29,370 nucleotides of DNA from Promethearchaeia archaeon (lineage in GTDB: Archaea > Asgardarchaeota > Lokiarchaeia > Sigyniarchaeales > SOKP01), in NCBI GenBank assembly GCA_029856155.1, contig JAHQWL010000064.1:1-29370 (forward strand). The letters are read 5' to 3'. Each line of letters opens with the position of its first letter. The stretch's first letter is position 1. Below the pieces are notes generated by a model, which saw only the letters and a program-made list of their open reading frames with translations, had not been told where the DNA came from and ran no database searches. The position numbers and the translations under genes were made by a program. This document shows, one piece after another, positions 7,588-16,632 of the stretch.

Positions 7588-8904
7588 TTAGATTTTTTTT
7601 CTTAACTGAGAAATCTCTAATCTTTGTTCATTATTAAGTTTTCTAAGATTATCAACTTTATTCTTAAGTTCTCTTACTCTCAACGCTATGTCGGGATCCT
7701 CCTTTTTAGGGTGAATTTGAGTTTGAACATTCATACTATCTAACTGACGCTGTAATTCGCTAAGTTTTTGATCTTTTATTCTAGATTGAGTTTCTAATTG
7801 CCTATATTTTGCTTTTATTTGTACAGCTTCATTTTTAATTGTTTCAATTTCTCCTTCTTTTGTTTCTAATTGTTTTTGAAGAAAGATTGCCATCTCTCTT
7901 TGCATTTTTAATTTACCTTCCAAATCCTTTTGAGATTCTCCCGATTCTACCGGTTTTCCAGTCTTAAATTTTTCAAGTTGTTCTTGAAGTGCTTTAATCT
8001 GGATTTTTGACCGGTTTAACTTAGTTTGGAGATCTTCTTTTAATGTTTTGATCATATCATTAGAAGGGCTCCCATTTTGTTCAAACTTTTCAGCAATTTC
8101 AGCTTTTTTTAAAACCACAATTTCTTCTTTTAAAAGTTTATTTTCATTGTTTTTTGCCTCGAGTTTTTCTTTTAATCCATTGATTTCTTTTTTAAAATCT
8201 TGGGTTTCGGGAAAATTTTTCTCTTGTTTTTTATTTTTTTTATCAGATTTTTCAAGTTTTTGTTTTAATTCAACTACTTGTCTTTTAGCCTTCGTTAATT
8301 GATTTTGAAGATCGTCGATTAGTTTTTTAGTTATTGAATCGCTACTCTTTTCAGATGGAGAACTAAGATCTTTTAGTTTTTGATTCAACTCTGCAATTTC
8401 TGATTTTAAAATTACAATTTCTTCGTCTTTTTGAATCAATTTTTCACTGAAATCTTCACCACTAGTAGTATTTTTAGACATTAATCTATTAATTATTGAA
8501 TTTTGTTTATTCACTTTTTCTTGTAAATCTTTTACCAAGACATTTAGTGGCGATTTGACTCTTAAATCTTCAACTCTAATAACAGATGAGTCTGTCTCAG
8601 ATTTCATTTTTTCTACTTCTTGCTGAAATTGTACTTTCTCTTTTCTTAAAAAACCCATACTGTTTTTTAAATCACGTATTTGTCTATCTTTTTCTTCGAG
8701 TTCATATGCAAACCTCGATTCAACAGCTTGTATTTTTTTACTTTTTTTTGTCGCTCCATCTTCTAATTTTTTAAGATCCTCTAATTCCATAATTTTATCT
8801 TGAAGTTCTTCAATAATATCATCAAGATGTTCGATCTCTTGATCTTTTTTCTTTAATTCTAACTCTAATTCTCTGATTTTATTTTTTAAAGCATCTTCAG
8901 TCAT
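7588..8904 (-). CDS. Long coiled-coil protein, function unknown
   Basis: K/E/L/Q-rich heptad pattern across 438 aa with short S/P-rich linkers; 7 nt upstream of rnz. Confidence 0.8.
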   Translation of the reverse strand: MTEDALKNKIRELELELKKKDQEIEHLDDIIEELQDKIMELEDLKKLEDGATKKSKKIQAVESRFAYELEEKDRQIRDLKNSMGFLRKEKVQFQQEVEKMKSETDSSVIRVEDLRVKSPLNVLVKDLQEKVNKQNSIINRLMSKNTTSGEDFSEKLIQKDEEIVILKSEIAELNQKLKDLSSPSEKSSDSITKKLIDDLQNQLTKAKRQVVELKQKLEKSDKKNKKQEKNFPETQDFKKEINGLKEKLEAKNNENKLLKEEIVVLKKAEIAEKFEQNGSPSNDMIKTLKEDLQTKLNRSKIQIKALQEQLEKFKTGKPVESGESQKDLEGKLKMQREMAIFLQKQLETKEGEIETIKNEAVQIKAKYRQLETQSRIKDQKLSELQRQLDSMNVQTQIHPKKEDPDIALRVRELKNKVDNLRKLNNEQRLEISQLRKKI

Positions 8905-9021
8905 AGAGAAGAATCACCATTTTATTAGAAATTAATTTATTAATACAATTTTAGAAATTAAAATTTAACTTATTAATGTCGTATCCATATTATCATTTTC
9001 TAATAATTTAAAAAAAATTCA

Positions 9022-10929
9022 TTAATACATATTAAAATCTTTAATAGAAAAATTGTTAATTTTCTTTATAATCGGAAAAAGGCTTAAAAAATTAAAGATG
9101 ATAAATATAACAAATAAAATCATGAAAACCATGAACGGGATATATAAGGGGGGCAAATAGACTCGGTTAAATAAAAATAAAGAATTTATTATCATTCCTA
9201 TTGCTAAACTTGTAAGTAAAGAGGGTAATAGAATAAATAATGACTCCAAAAAAAGTATTTTTTTTAAGGATCTAGTTTTTGAGCCAACTGCACGCATAAT
9301 TAGAAAATCTTTTGCTTTCTCCATTATCCCTGCTTTCTGATAATTGTATAGTGATAAAATAGTCACTATTGAAATCACTAGAATTAACGAAATCGGGTAG
9401 ATCGATAAATTATTTAAATAATTTAAATTAGTTTGGAACGTTTCATCTAATTTCAAGAAAGTGAAATTTTCACCAATGCTATTAGTTACATTTTCAATTG
9501 TATTTCGTATTATATTATATGTTCCATCTCTTAATTTTAATGCTACAAGATTAATTTCTGTTGATAAATTTAGTGCTGGCTGGATGATATCCAATCCTAC
9601 GTAGCCAGCCCAACCAGAATAAAAGCTATCAATGACAATACCACTAATGTGGAATGTTGATCCAATAGAATTAAGTCTTAAACTTTGATATAATGCATAA
9701 TCAAATAAATTGTAAGCTAAGCTATCTCCAATAGTCATATTATCATAAGCATTCTCTTCAGTAAAAAATGTTCCTTCAATCTCAAAATTTTGAATTACAT
9801 GTTCGGGGTTAACACCTATAATTGGTATATTATCTATTCGATGGTGTCCAATAATTTCATATGAATCATCATCATGAATATAAATCCCGGGAATTTCTTC
9901 TACATCATAAAAGTTAATCAAACGTTCATCAATTCTTTCGATTTCTTCAATTTCATAAAGCTCACTCAAGTCGCTTAAATTAAATAAATAATCTGATGCT
10001 ATAAAGTTAATATTAGCTTCTTCTACTAATAGGGTAGGATCAGAAAACATTCTATACATTAATGAATAATTATAAACTACATCTTCATGTCCGATTATTA
10101 TTATGTTTTCACTTTGTGATTTTTGAATCCACTCTTGAGATGATGTTCTTAGTACAATTGTTCCCAAACCTAAAGTAAAGATTATTAATCCAATTATTGA
10201 GAATAATATTAAATATCTCTTAAATTCCCCTTTTTTCCTCAATGTATTAACTACCGCAATTTTTATATTAAATCCTATTGAAGTTAACCATTTTGGGATA
10301 AGTGTTAATTTTTTAGATGCATCATAATCATGGGGTATATCCTTTGAGAAAGTATAGACTATATTTTGTTTCCCAATTTTCCTAAGAGTATATCCAGTTA
10401 TTAAAAAAATACCTATAATACAACAAAAAAACAAAATTGGAGTGTATATTAAATCAATCTGTAAAACTATAGGAAAATTAAAAAAGGTCATAATTAAAGC
10501 GAATATTCCAAAAGCTATTAATCCCAAAATTAATCCGAATAGAAATCCAATAAAATATAAAATGTAAGTTTCGAGTAAATAAAAACTATATAATTTTCTG
10601 GGAAGTGTACCTAAAGATTTCATAATTGCAATGTCTCTTTTTTTAGATATAACTAATGTAGTTGTAACAGTAATTACAATTGCGACTGTTAGGGATAACA
10701 ACAATATTTGAATTAGAGTATTAAACTGTTTATAGATTAAATTAAGTCCCCCAGAGAAATAATATTTATTCACAAAAGCAGTTTGTATAAATATGCTTAA
10801 ACCTAAAGAGGATGTAAAATATATTAAAAACTCAGTAAGCGCAATAATTATAGTTATAATTAGTAGAAACGGATAATTTGTATGCCTTTTCCGGTAAAGG
10901 TCTTTCAACGCAAAATCTAATGAGGACAT
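9022..10929 (-). CDS. ABC transporter permease, FtsX/MacB/LolE family
   Basis: Two copies of the FtsX motif (KRDIAIMKSLG, KDFLIMRAVGS), multiple TM helices and a large extracytoplasmic domain. Confidence 0.85.
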   Translation of the reverse strand: MSSLDFALKDLYRKRHTNYPFLLIITIIIALTEFLIYFTSSLGLSIFIQTAFVNKYYFSGGLNLIYKQFNTLIQILLLSLTVAIVITVTTTLVISKKRDIAIMKSLGTLPRKLYSFYLLETYILYFIGFLFGLILGLIAFGIFALIMTFFNFPIVLQIDLIYTPILFFCCIIGIFLITGYTLRKIGKQNIVYTFSKDIPHDYDASKKLTLIPKWLTSIGFNIKIAVVNTLRKKGEFKRYLILFSIIGLIIFTLGLGTIVLRTSSQEWIQKSQSENIIIIGHEDVVYNYSLMYRMFSDPTLLVEEANINFIASDYLFNLSDLSELYEIEEIERIDERLINFYDVEEIPGIYIHDDDSYEIIGHHRIDNIPIIGVNPEHVIQNFEIEGTFFTEENAYDNMTIGDSLAYNLFDYALYQSLRLNSIGSTFHISGIVIDSFYSGWAGYVGLDIIQPALNLSTEINLVALKLRDGTYNIIRNTIENVTNSIGENFTFLKLDETFQTNLNYLNNLSIYPISLILVISIVTILSLYNYQKAGIMEKAKDFLIMRAVGSKTRSLKKILFLESLFILLPSLLTSLAIGMIINSLFLFNRVYLPPLYIPFMVFMILFVIFIIFNFLSLFPIIKKINNFSIKDFNMY

Positions 10930-10944
10930 ATTGTTTTCTAATTC

Positions 10945-11742
10945 CTAGTTCTCCTTTTCCGTTATAATTTCTTCTTTAATAATTTTTCCCTCATCAAAAG
11001 TAATAACTCTATCAGCCAAACTTATTAAAAAATCATCATGAGTTGCAACGATAATCGTTCTAATATTATTTTTTAAATCTCTAAAAAGATCTCTAATAAA
11101 CTTGCTAGTGTTTTTATCTAAATTTGCTGTTGGTTCATCAGCAATAATCATAGGGGGATCATTTGCTAATGCTCTTGCTATTGCAACTCTTTGCTGTTCA
11201 CCCGCAGATAATTGAAACGGTAAATGCTCCCTTCGATCATTGAGACTCATTTTTGATAATAATTCTGTTGCACGTTCTCTTTGTTTTTTAAAAGAAACAC
11301 CTGAAAGGCTCATTGGAAACATGACATTTTCCTCAGCAGTAAGAGTGCTAATGAGATTGTAATTTTGAAATATAAATCCGGAATTTAATAATCGCCAAGT
11401 TGCTAATGATTCTTCTTCCATATCTGATATTTTAACACCAAAGTTGTAAATTACGCCTTTATTTGGTGAATCTAATCCACCCAATAAATTTAATAGTGAA
11501 GTTTTACCAGCACCGCTAGGACCTTTAATAACTAAAAATTGTCCATTTTCTATGGATAGAGATATATTATCAACAGCTCGGACAATAAAGTCCCCAATTT
11601 CATAATCTTTAACTAACCCTTCAGAAAAAATGGCGTATTTATTACTAATATTTTTTAAAAGATTATGATCTGCTATATTTTCTAACTCTTCTTTTGAACC
11701 TTGTTGAAATATTTCCTCTGAAGAATTTTCTTTTTCTGGCAC
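10945..11742 (-). CDS. ABC transporter ATP-binding protein, LolD/MacB family
   Basis: Walker A GPSGAGKT, Q-loop FIFQ, signature LSAGEQQRVAIARAL, Walker B/D-loop IIADEPTANLD, ATHD. Confidence 0.95.
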   Translation of the reverse strand: MPEKENSSEEIFQQGSKEELENIADHNLLKNISNKYAIFSEGLVKDYEIGDFIVRAVDNISLSIENGQFLVIKGPSGAGKTSLLNLLGGLDSPNKGVIYNFGVKISDMEEESLATWRLLNSGFIFQNYNLISTLTAEENVMFPMSLSGVSFKKQRERATELLSKMSLNDRREHLPFQLSAGEQQRVAIARALANDPPMIIADEPTANLDKNTSKFIRDLFRDLKNNIRTIIVATHDDFLISLADRVITFDEGKIIKEEIITEKEN

Positions 11743-12298
11743 GATGTTTATAATAATTTTTTATTTATATTTTTAGTGCCAATAATTTTAATTATAGTAA
11801 TATCTTAAAAATTAAGGAATTCAAATCTCAAATATTATAAGTAAAAGTATTTATTTTTATACTAAGAAATATGGTTGTTAGTGCATTACCTACACATTTA
11901 ACCCTAACTCGCTATTAAATAATTTTGTAATGATTATTTTAGAGCGATTTTTGAAGAATTTTTAGAATTATAGTTTAAAATTGAATTAAGTTTAAATATT
12001 AAAGTATCATACTTATACCCTAGAGGGAAGATTGAGAAAATACAAATAATATCCCCTAAAATTACACAATTCGAGTAATTGAGGAAATTTCCTAATTAAA
12101 ATGGTAACTATCTAAATTTTGTAAAATCTTAGACTTTCAAGATTTTAATTTTTCTCATCTCCCTCGCTCTCTTTTTCTGTATTAAAATCCAAAAAATTTC
12201 GATTTAGGTATATTTTTATTAAAATAAGATTTAAAGGATAATTTTAATTTATTTTAATAATTATTACTATTAGATTTTCTTAAAGGAAAGAGATTTTT

Positions 12299-12934
12299 AT
12301 GGATTTTGAAAAATTAACAGAATTAGTAATTGAATTGGAAGTTGATGATATTGCAGGTGCCGTAAAAGAAGCATTAAATGAAGGTAAAGATGCTTTTGAT
12401 ATATTAAACTCTTTAACAAAGGGTATGGATGAAGTAGGACGTCTTTATGAAGAAAAGGAATATTATTTAACTGAACTTGTTCTTGCTGGAGAAACTATGA
12501 AAGAAGCTTTTGCCGTTTTGAAACCCGCATTAGCTGCTTCAGGTAAAGTAGAAGATAAGGTGAAAATAATTCTGGGTACAGTAAAAGGAGATAATCATGA
12601 TATAGGAAAGAATATACTAGGTTCTCTACTCTTAAGTTCTGGTTTTGAACTTATTGATTTAGGGATGGATGTTGATGAGAAAGCTATAATTGAAAAAGTT
12701 AAGGAAACAGGAGCTACCATTATCGCTTTAAGTACTTTATTAACCATGACTGTAGAACATATAAAAGTTGTTCATGAAGCTTTACAAGCAGCAGGAGTTC
12801 GAGATAAAGTTAAACTGATTGTAGGGGGAGCTCCTTTGAATTTGGAACTTGCAAAGAGACTTGGAGCTGATGATTTTGCAGATGATGCTGTGGAGGGAGT
12901 GAAACATATTAAAAGGTTAGCAGGAATTGAATAA
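12299..12934 (+). CDS. Corrinoid (cobalamin-binding) protein of the methyltransferase-system type (MtaC/MtbC/MttC family)
   Basis: Four-helix cap (GMDEVGRLYE…YYLTELVLAGE) plus DxHxxG motif GDNHDIGKN, LSTLLT and VGGAP. Confidence 0.92.
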   Translation: MDFEKLTELVIELEVDDIAGAVKEALNEGKDAFDILNSLTKGMDEVGRLYEEKEYYLTELVLAGETMKEAFAVLKPALAASGKVEDKVKIILGTVKGDNHDIGKNILGSLLLSSGFELIDLGMDVDEKAIIEKVKETGATIIALSTLLTMTVEHIKVVHEALQAAGVRDKVKLIVGGAPLNLELAKRLGADDFADDAVEGVKHIKRLAGIE

Positions 12935-13151
12935 ATGCATATTTTGATTTGATATTTTTAATTTTCTCTTTTTTAGTATATTCTGTTTAAAAACTTATAA
13001 AATATAACTATCTTTTTTTATTGGTTTTATACAATTTTCTCAGTTAGGATTAAAGTTTACTAAATTATAATGAGAAGATTTATACTCTTTTTGAACCGTT
13101 TATATCTCAAGGAATATCTTATTATAGAATCTTTTCAAGAAGGTTTGAAAA

Positions 13152-13406
13152 ATGAATAATGAACAAAGTGAAGGAGTAGAGATTAAAGAGACTTTGGACA
13201 CTAGAGGTCTATATTGCCCCGAACCATTGTTTGAAGTGAGGAATTTAAGTGAAACTCTAAATATGGGACAATGTTTTAAGGTTATTGCTGATGATCCCGC
13301 TGCTGAAGAGGATCTTAAAAGATGGGCAAAAAGAACAGATACAAAAGTAGTAGAATTTAGCAGAGATGGCGATGATTTAATATTTATATTTAAGAAAATG
13401 AAATAA
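13152..13406 (+). CDS. tusA: TusA/SirA family sulfur carrier
   Basis: LDTRGLYCPEP (CPxP) and DDPAAEEDLKRW. Confidence 0.9.
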   Translation: MNNEQSEGVEIKETLDTRGLYCPEPLFEVRNLSETLNMGQCFKVIADDPAAEEDLKRWAKRTDTKVVEFSRDGDDLIFIFKKMK

Positions 13407-13423
13407 TAAAAAAGGTAAATCTA

Positions 13424-14614
13424 TTGAGTGCGTATTTAGATTACCAAGCAGCTAAACCTGTAGATCCTAGAGTATTTGAGGCTATGAAACCATATTTTAA
13501 TGAAGATTTTGGCAATCCATCTTCATTACATAATTATGGATATCGTGCAACAAATACTTTAGAAGAATCTCGGCGTAAAATAGCTGAGTTTATTAATGCT
13601 CCAAGTCCAGACAACATCATCTTTACTTCTGGGGCTACTGAATCAAATAATCTAGGAGTAATTGGAGCAGCTCTCCGAAACAAGAAAAAAGGAAATCATA
13701 TTATAATTTCTGAGATTGAGCATATTTCGATATTAAATATAGGGAAATTTTTAGAGAGACAAGGGTTTATAGTGAGTAAGGTCCCTGTAGACAGATTTGG
13801 TATCATTAATATAAACAAATTGGAGCGTTTAATAACTGACAAGACAATTCTAATCTCCGTTTCTACGGCAAGTAATGAAATTGGGTCGCTTCAACCTGTA
13901 GAAGAAATTGTGGCCATTGCTCAAAAGAAAAAAATCTGGTTTCATTCTGATGCTGTAGCAAGTGAAAGTACCATACCTATTGATGTACAAAAAGTTCCCT
14001 TTGATTTATTGACCTTGTCTTCGAATGATATTTATGGACCGAGGGGGATAGGGGCTTTATACCTTAAAAAAGGTGTGAGAGTAAATCCGATTATTATTGG
14101 GGGTGGTCAGGAAATGGGAATTAGGTCAGGATCTGAAAATATGCCCGGAATAGCCGGTTTTGCAAAAGCAGCAGAAATAATGAAAACAGAAATAAATGAA
14201 GAAGCTACAAGATTAAAAGTACTTAGGGATAAATTAATTAGGGAGATTTTAAAGATACCTAAGTCATACCTTAATGGGCATCCAGAGCAAAGGACGCCTA
14301 ATAATGCTAATTTCCGGTTTGATTATATTGAAGGTGAATCATTACTTCTCTCCTTAAAGGATGAAAAAGTAGAGGTGGCAACAGGTTCTGCTTGCTCTTC
14401 AAAGACTTTAGAGCCATCTCATACGTTAATTTCTTGTGGTTTATTACATGAGGAAGCACATGGTAGTTTACTATTGTCTTTAGGGAGATATACTGAAGAG
14501 AAGGATATTGATAAAATAGTTGAAGTATTACCCGGAATAGTAAGAAGATTAAGAATTTTATCACCGCTTACATCTTCAGATTTATTAAAAAAATTAAAAG
14601 AGGAGGAAAATTAA
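13424..14614 (+). CDS. iscS: IscS/NifS family cysteine desulfurase-like protein; PLP lysine replaced by Asp
   Basis: GNPSS, FTSGATESNN, GGGQE, GSACSS with the catalytic Cys retained; SSNDIYGP where SxHKxYGP is expected. Confidence 0.92.
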   Translation: MSAYLDYQAAKPVDPRVFEAMKPYFNEDFGNPSSLHNYGYRATNTLEESRRKIAEFINAPSPDNIIFTSGATESNNLGVIGAALRNKKKGNHIIISEIEHISILNIGKFLERQGFIVSKVPVDRFGIININKLERLITDKTILISVSTASNEIGSLQPVEEIVAIAQKKKIWFHSDAVASESTIPIDVQKVPFDLLTLSSNDIYGPRGIGALYLKKGVRVNPIIIGGGQEMGIRSGSENMPGIAGFAKAAEIMKTEINEEATRLKVLRDKLIREILKIPKSYLNGHPEQRTPNNANFRFDYIEGESLLLSLKDEKVEVATGSACSSKTLEPSHTLISCGLLHEEAHGSLLLSLGRYTEEKDIDKIVEVLPGIVRRLRILSPLTSSDLLKKLKEEEN

Positions 14615-15415
14615 ATGAGTGTACATAAATATACCGATAAGGTAATGGACCATTTTCGGAATCCACGAAATGTAGGTTCAATTGAAAACCCCGATGGATA
14701 TGGAAAGGTTGGAAACCCAGTATGCGGAGATTTAATGGAGATTTTTCTTAAAATAGGAAAAAACGACAAAGGGGAAGATATCATTGATGATATCAAATTC
14801 AGAACTTTTGGATGTGGATCTGCAGTGTCAACTTCATCAATGGTAACTGAGATGGCGAAAGGAATGACTCTTGACGATGCATATAAAATTACTCGAAGCG
14901 ATGTAGCAGAGGAATTAGATGGTTTACCACCAATCAAAATGCATTGTTCAAATCTAGCCGCAGATGCATTAAAAGCTGCGATAAATAACTATCGTGAGGG
15001 AACAAAGCCAGAAGTAGAAATAGTTACTTCATGTCAGTTGGATGTACGAGTAATACTCGGTGTTGATGAGTTTAAGGGAAAGGGGGTCTATACGGAAGTT
15101 CCTAATCTCGAAGAACTAAGGGAGAAGAGAACTTTGATTGTTGATACAGGGGATGATTCTTTAGAATTGGCCCTCAAATTAACTGAATATACAGGGAGAG
15201 TAATAGTAATTACTTCCGCAAAAGAGATCCCCGGAACTGTGGAAATCGCAAAAAAATTGAAACAATCTGATGTAAAAATCGTGCATCTATCAGATCTTAG
15301 TGAAATTAAAGGGGAGCTAGGTGAAGTTGAAAAGGTTATTATCCATGATTTCGATGAAGATGAGAATTATGAGCTTTTCGTTGATGTAGTAGTCATTTTA
15401 GATTATAGAGGTTAA
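14615..15415 (+). CDS. iscU: IscU/NifU-N Fe-S scaffold fused to a C-terminal thioredoxin-reductase-like Rossmann domain
   Basis: HFRNPRN, GNPVCGD, TFGCGSA, LPPIKMHCS; the C-terminal ~120 aa resemble the TrxB NADPH domain. Confidence 0.9.
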   Translation: MSVHKYTDKVMDHFRNPRNVGSIENPDGYGKVGNPVCGDLMEIFLKIGKNDKGEDIIDDIKFRTFGCGSAVSTSSMVTEMAKGMTLDDAYKITRSDVAEELDGLPPIKMHCSNLAADALKAAINNYREGTKPEVEIVTSCQLDVRVILGVDEFKGKGVYTEVPNLEELREKRTLIVDTGDDSLELALKLTEYTGRVIVITSAKEIPGTVEIAKKLKQSDVKIVHLSDLSEIKGELGEVEKVIIHDFDEDENYELFVDVVVILDYRG

Positions 15416-15945
15416 TTATTTTCTTTTTCCTATTGGGCATCTAATGTAATTTTAATTATTTGATATCTTTTATTATTTTTGTTCAAATTTTCATCTCAAT
15501 TTACTTTCCAGATTTTTTTATTTTTGGAAGGATGTGAAAGACCACTCTACTAGCATATTTTGATTCTCTTGGAGTGTTAATTAACAAAAATCCAAATATT
15601 GCTGAGAGAAAATAGAGTACAATTATCATTAGGGGTTAATAGAAATTATAGACAAGACTTCATTGTAAAAAAAATTTTAGAGTTTTTTCAATATAAACAT
15701 ATTTTAATTGTATCTGGGGGAAAATTTTTAGTAGATTTGGGTACACGTATATAGTTAAAAATTTAAGAAAGAAATGTATTAAATTTGGAAAAAACGACCT
15801 AAGATCGATTAGGAAATTTATCAAAAGAATTATAGGAATTTAAAGATTAACATTTCAAGAAATTATAACGCATTATAATTTTAGTAGAAAACTTAAAGAA
15901 CATTAAACAATTTTTTTATGAAAATACCATAATAATGAATATCAA

Positions 15946-16590
15946 TTGAAAGAAAAAATAGAATGGGATTGGAGAGATGATATTAACACCGATTCCAAAA
16001 AGAAAGTTTCTAAAAAGAAAGACCCGGAAGTTACGTTCAAAAAAGGCGTAATAATCGCGATTTTACTACTTTCTATAGGAATAGCCCAGTTAATATTTGT
16101 CATCTCAGTACGAACAAAATTGATCTGGAGGTATGGAGGTGGACCAACATCTGGTGAAACAGTCATAAATGTACCTCCTACTTATTTATATTCAAATAGA
16201 TATATAATCATGGCTATAGGATATTTTCCAATGATTATAGACGATAATATAGTTGGTAATATTACATTCATACATCAAAATACAGGTAAAACTTACACAT
16301 GTGACTATACGATTATTGGATATTTAATGTATAAGAAAATGATATTCGATACAAAGATATGGATTATGCACCCCGGTAAATATAATGTATCATGGGTTAA
16401 TAATGATAATCGATATGAATACTACTTCACAACTTATGGATTATTTAATTTTTTACCTAATGATGATAAATATCCAACTAATATGGAAACAATTATGTTA
16501 ATCGTTTCAATTTTTGGTTTAGTAGCGTGTTTAATTGCTTCAATTAAAAAATACCTTAGGGCAAAACGAGATATTTCTTACTATAAATAG
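15946..16590 (+). CDS. Hypothetical membrane protein (two TM helices flanking a beta-rich extracellular domain)
   Basis: 214-aa ORF with hydrophobic segments near both ends. Confidence 0.7.
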   Translation: MKEKIEWDWRDDINTDSKKKVSKKKDPEVTFKKGVIIAILLLSIGIAQLIFVISVRTKLIWRYGGGPTSGETVINVPPTYLYSNRYIIMAIGYFPMIIDDNIVGNITFIHQNTGKTYTCDYTIIGYLMYKKMIFDTKIWIMHPGKYNVSWVNNDNRYEYYFTTYGLFNFLPNDDKYPTNMETIMLIVSIFGLVACLIASIKKYLRAKRDISYYK

Positions 16591-16632
16591 GTCTTCTATA
16601 ATTGTTTTAATCATTTAGTAAAAAATAAAATT

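Noticed and set aside
8048-8774. Plus-strand ORFs 8048-8302 and 8586-8774
   Set aside because: Phe/Ser-rich antisense shadows of the Lys/Glu-rich coiled-coil gene.
12018-12170. Canonical cobalamin riboswitch
   Set aside because: AGGGAA is present, but the GGUG-RA-UCC T-loop, ACUGU and B12-box elements are not recognisable. Kept only as an unclassified structured element.
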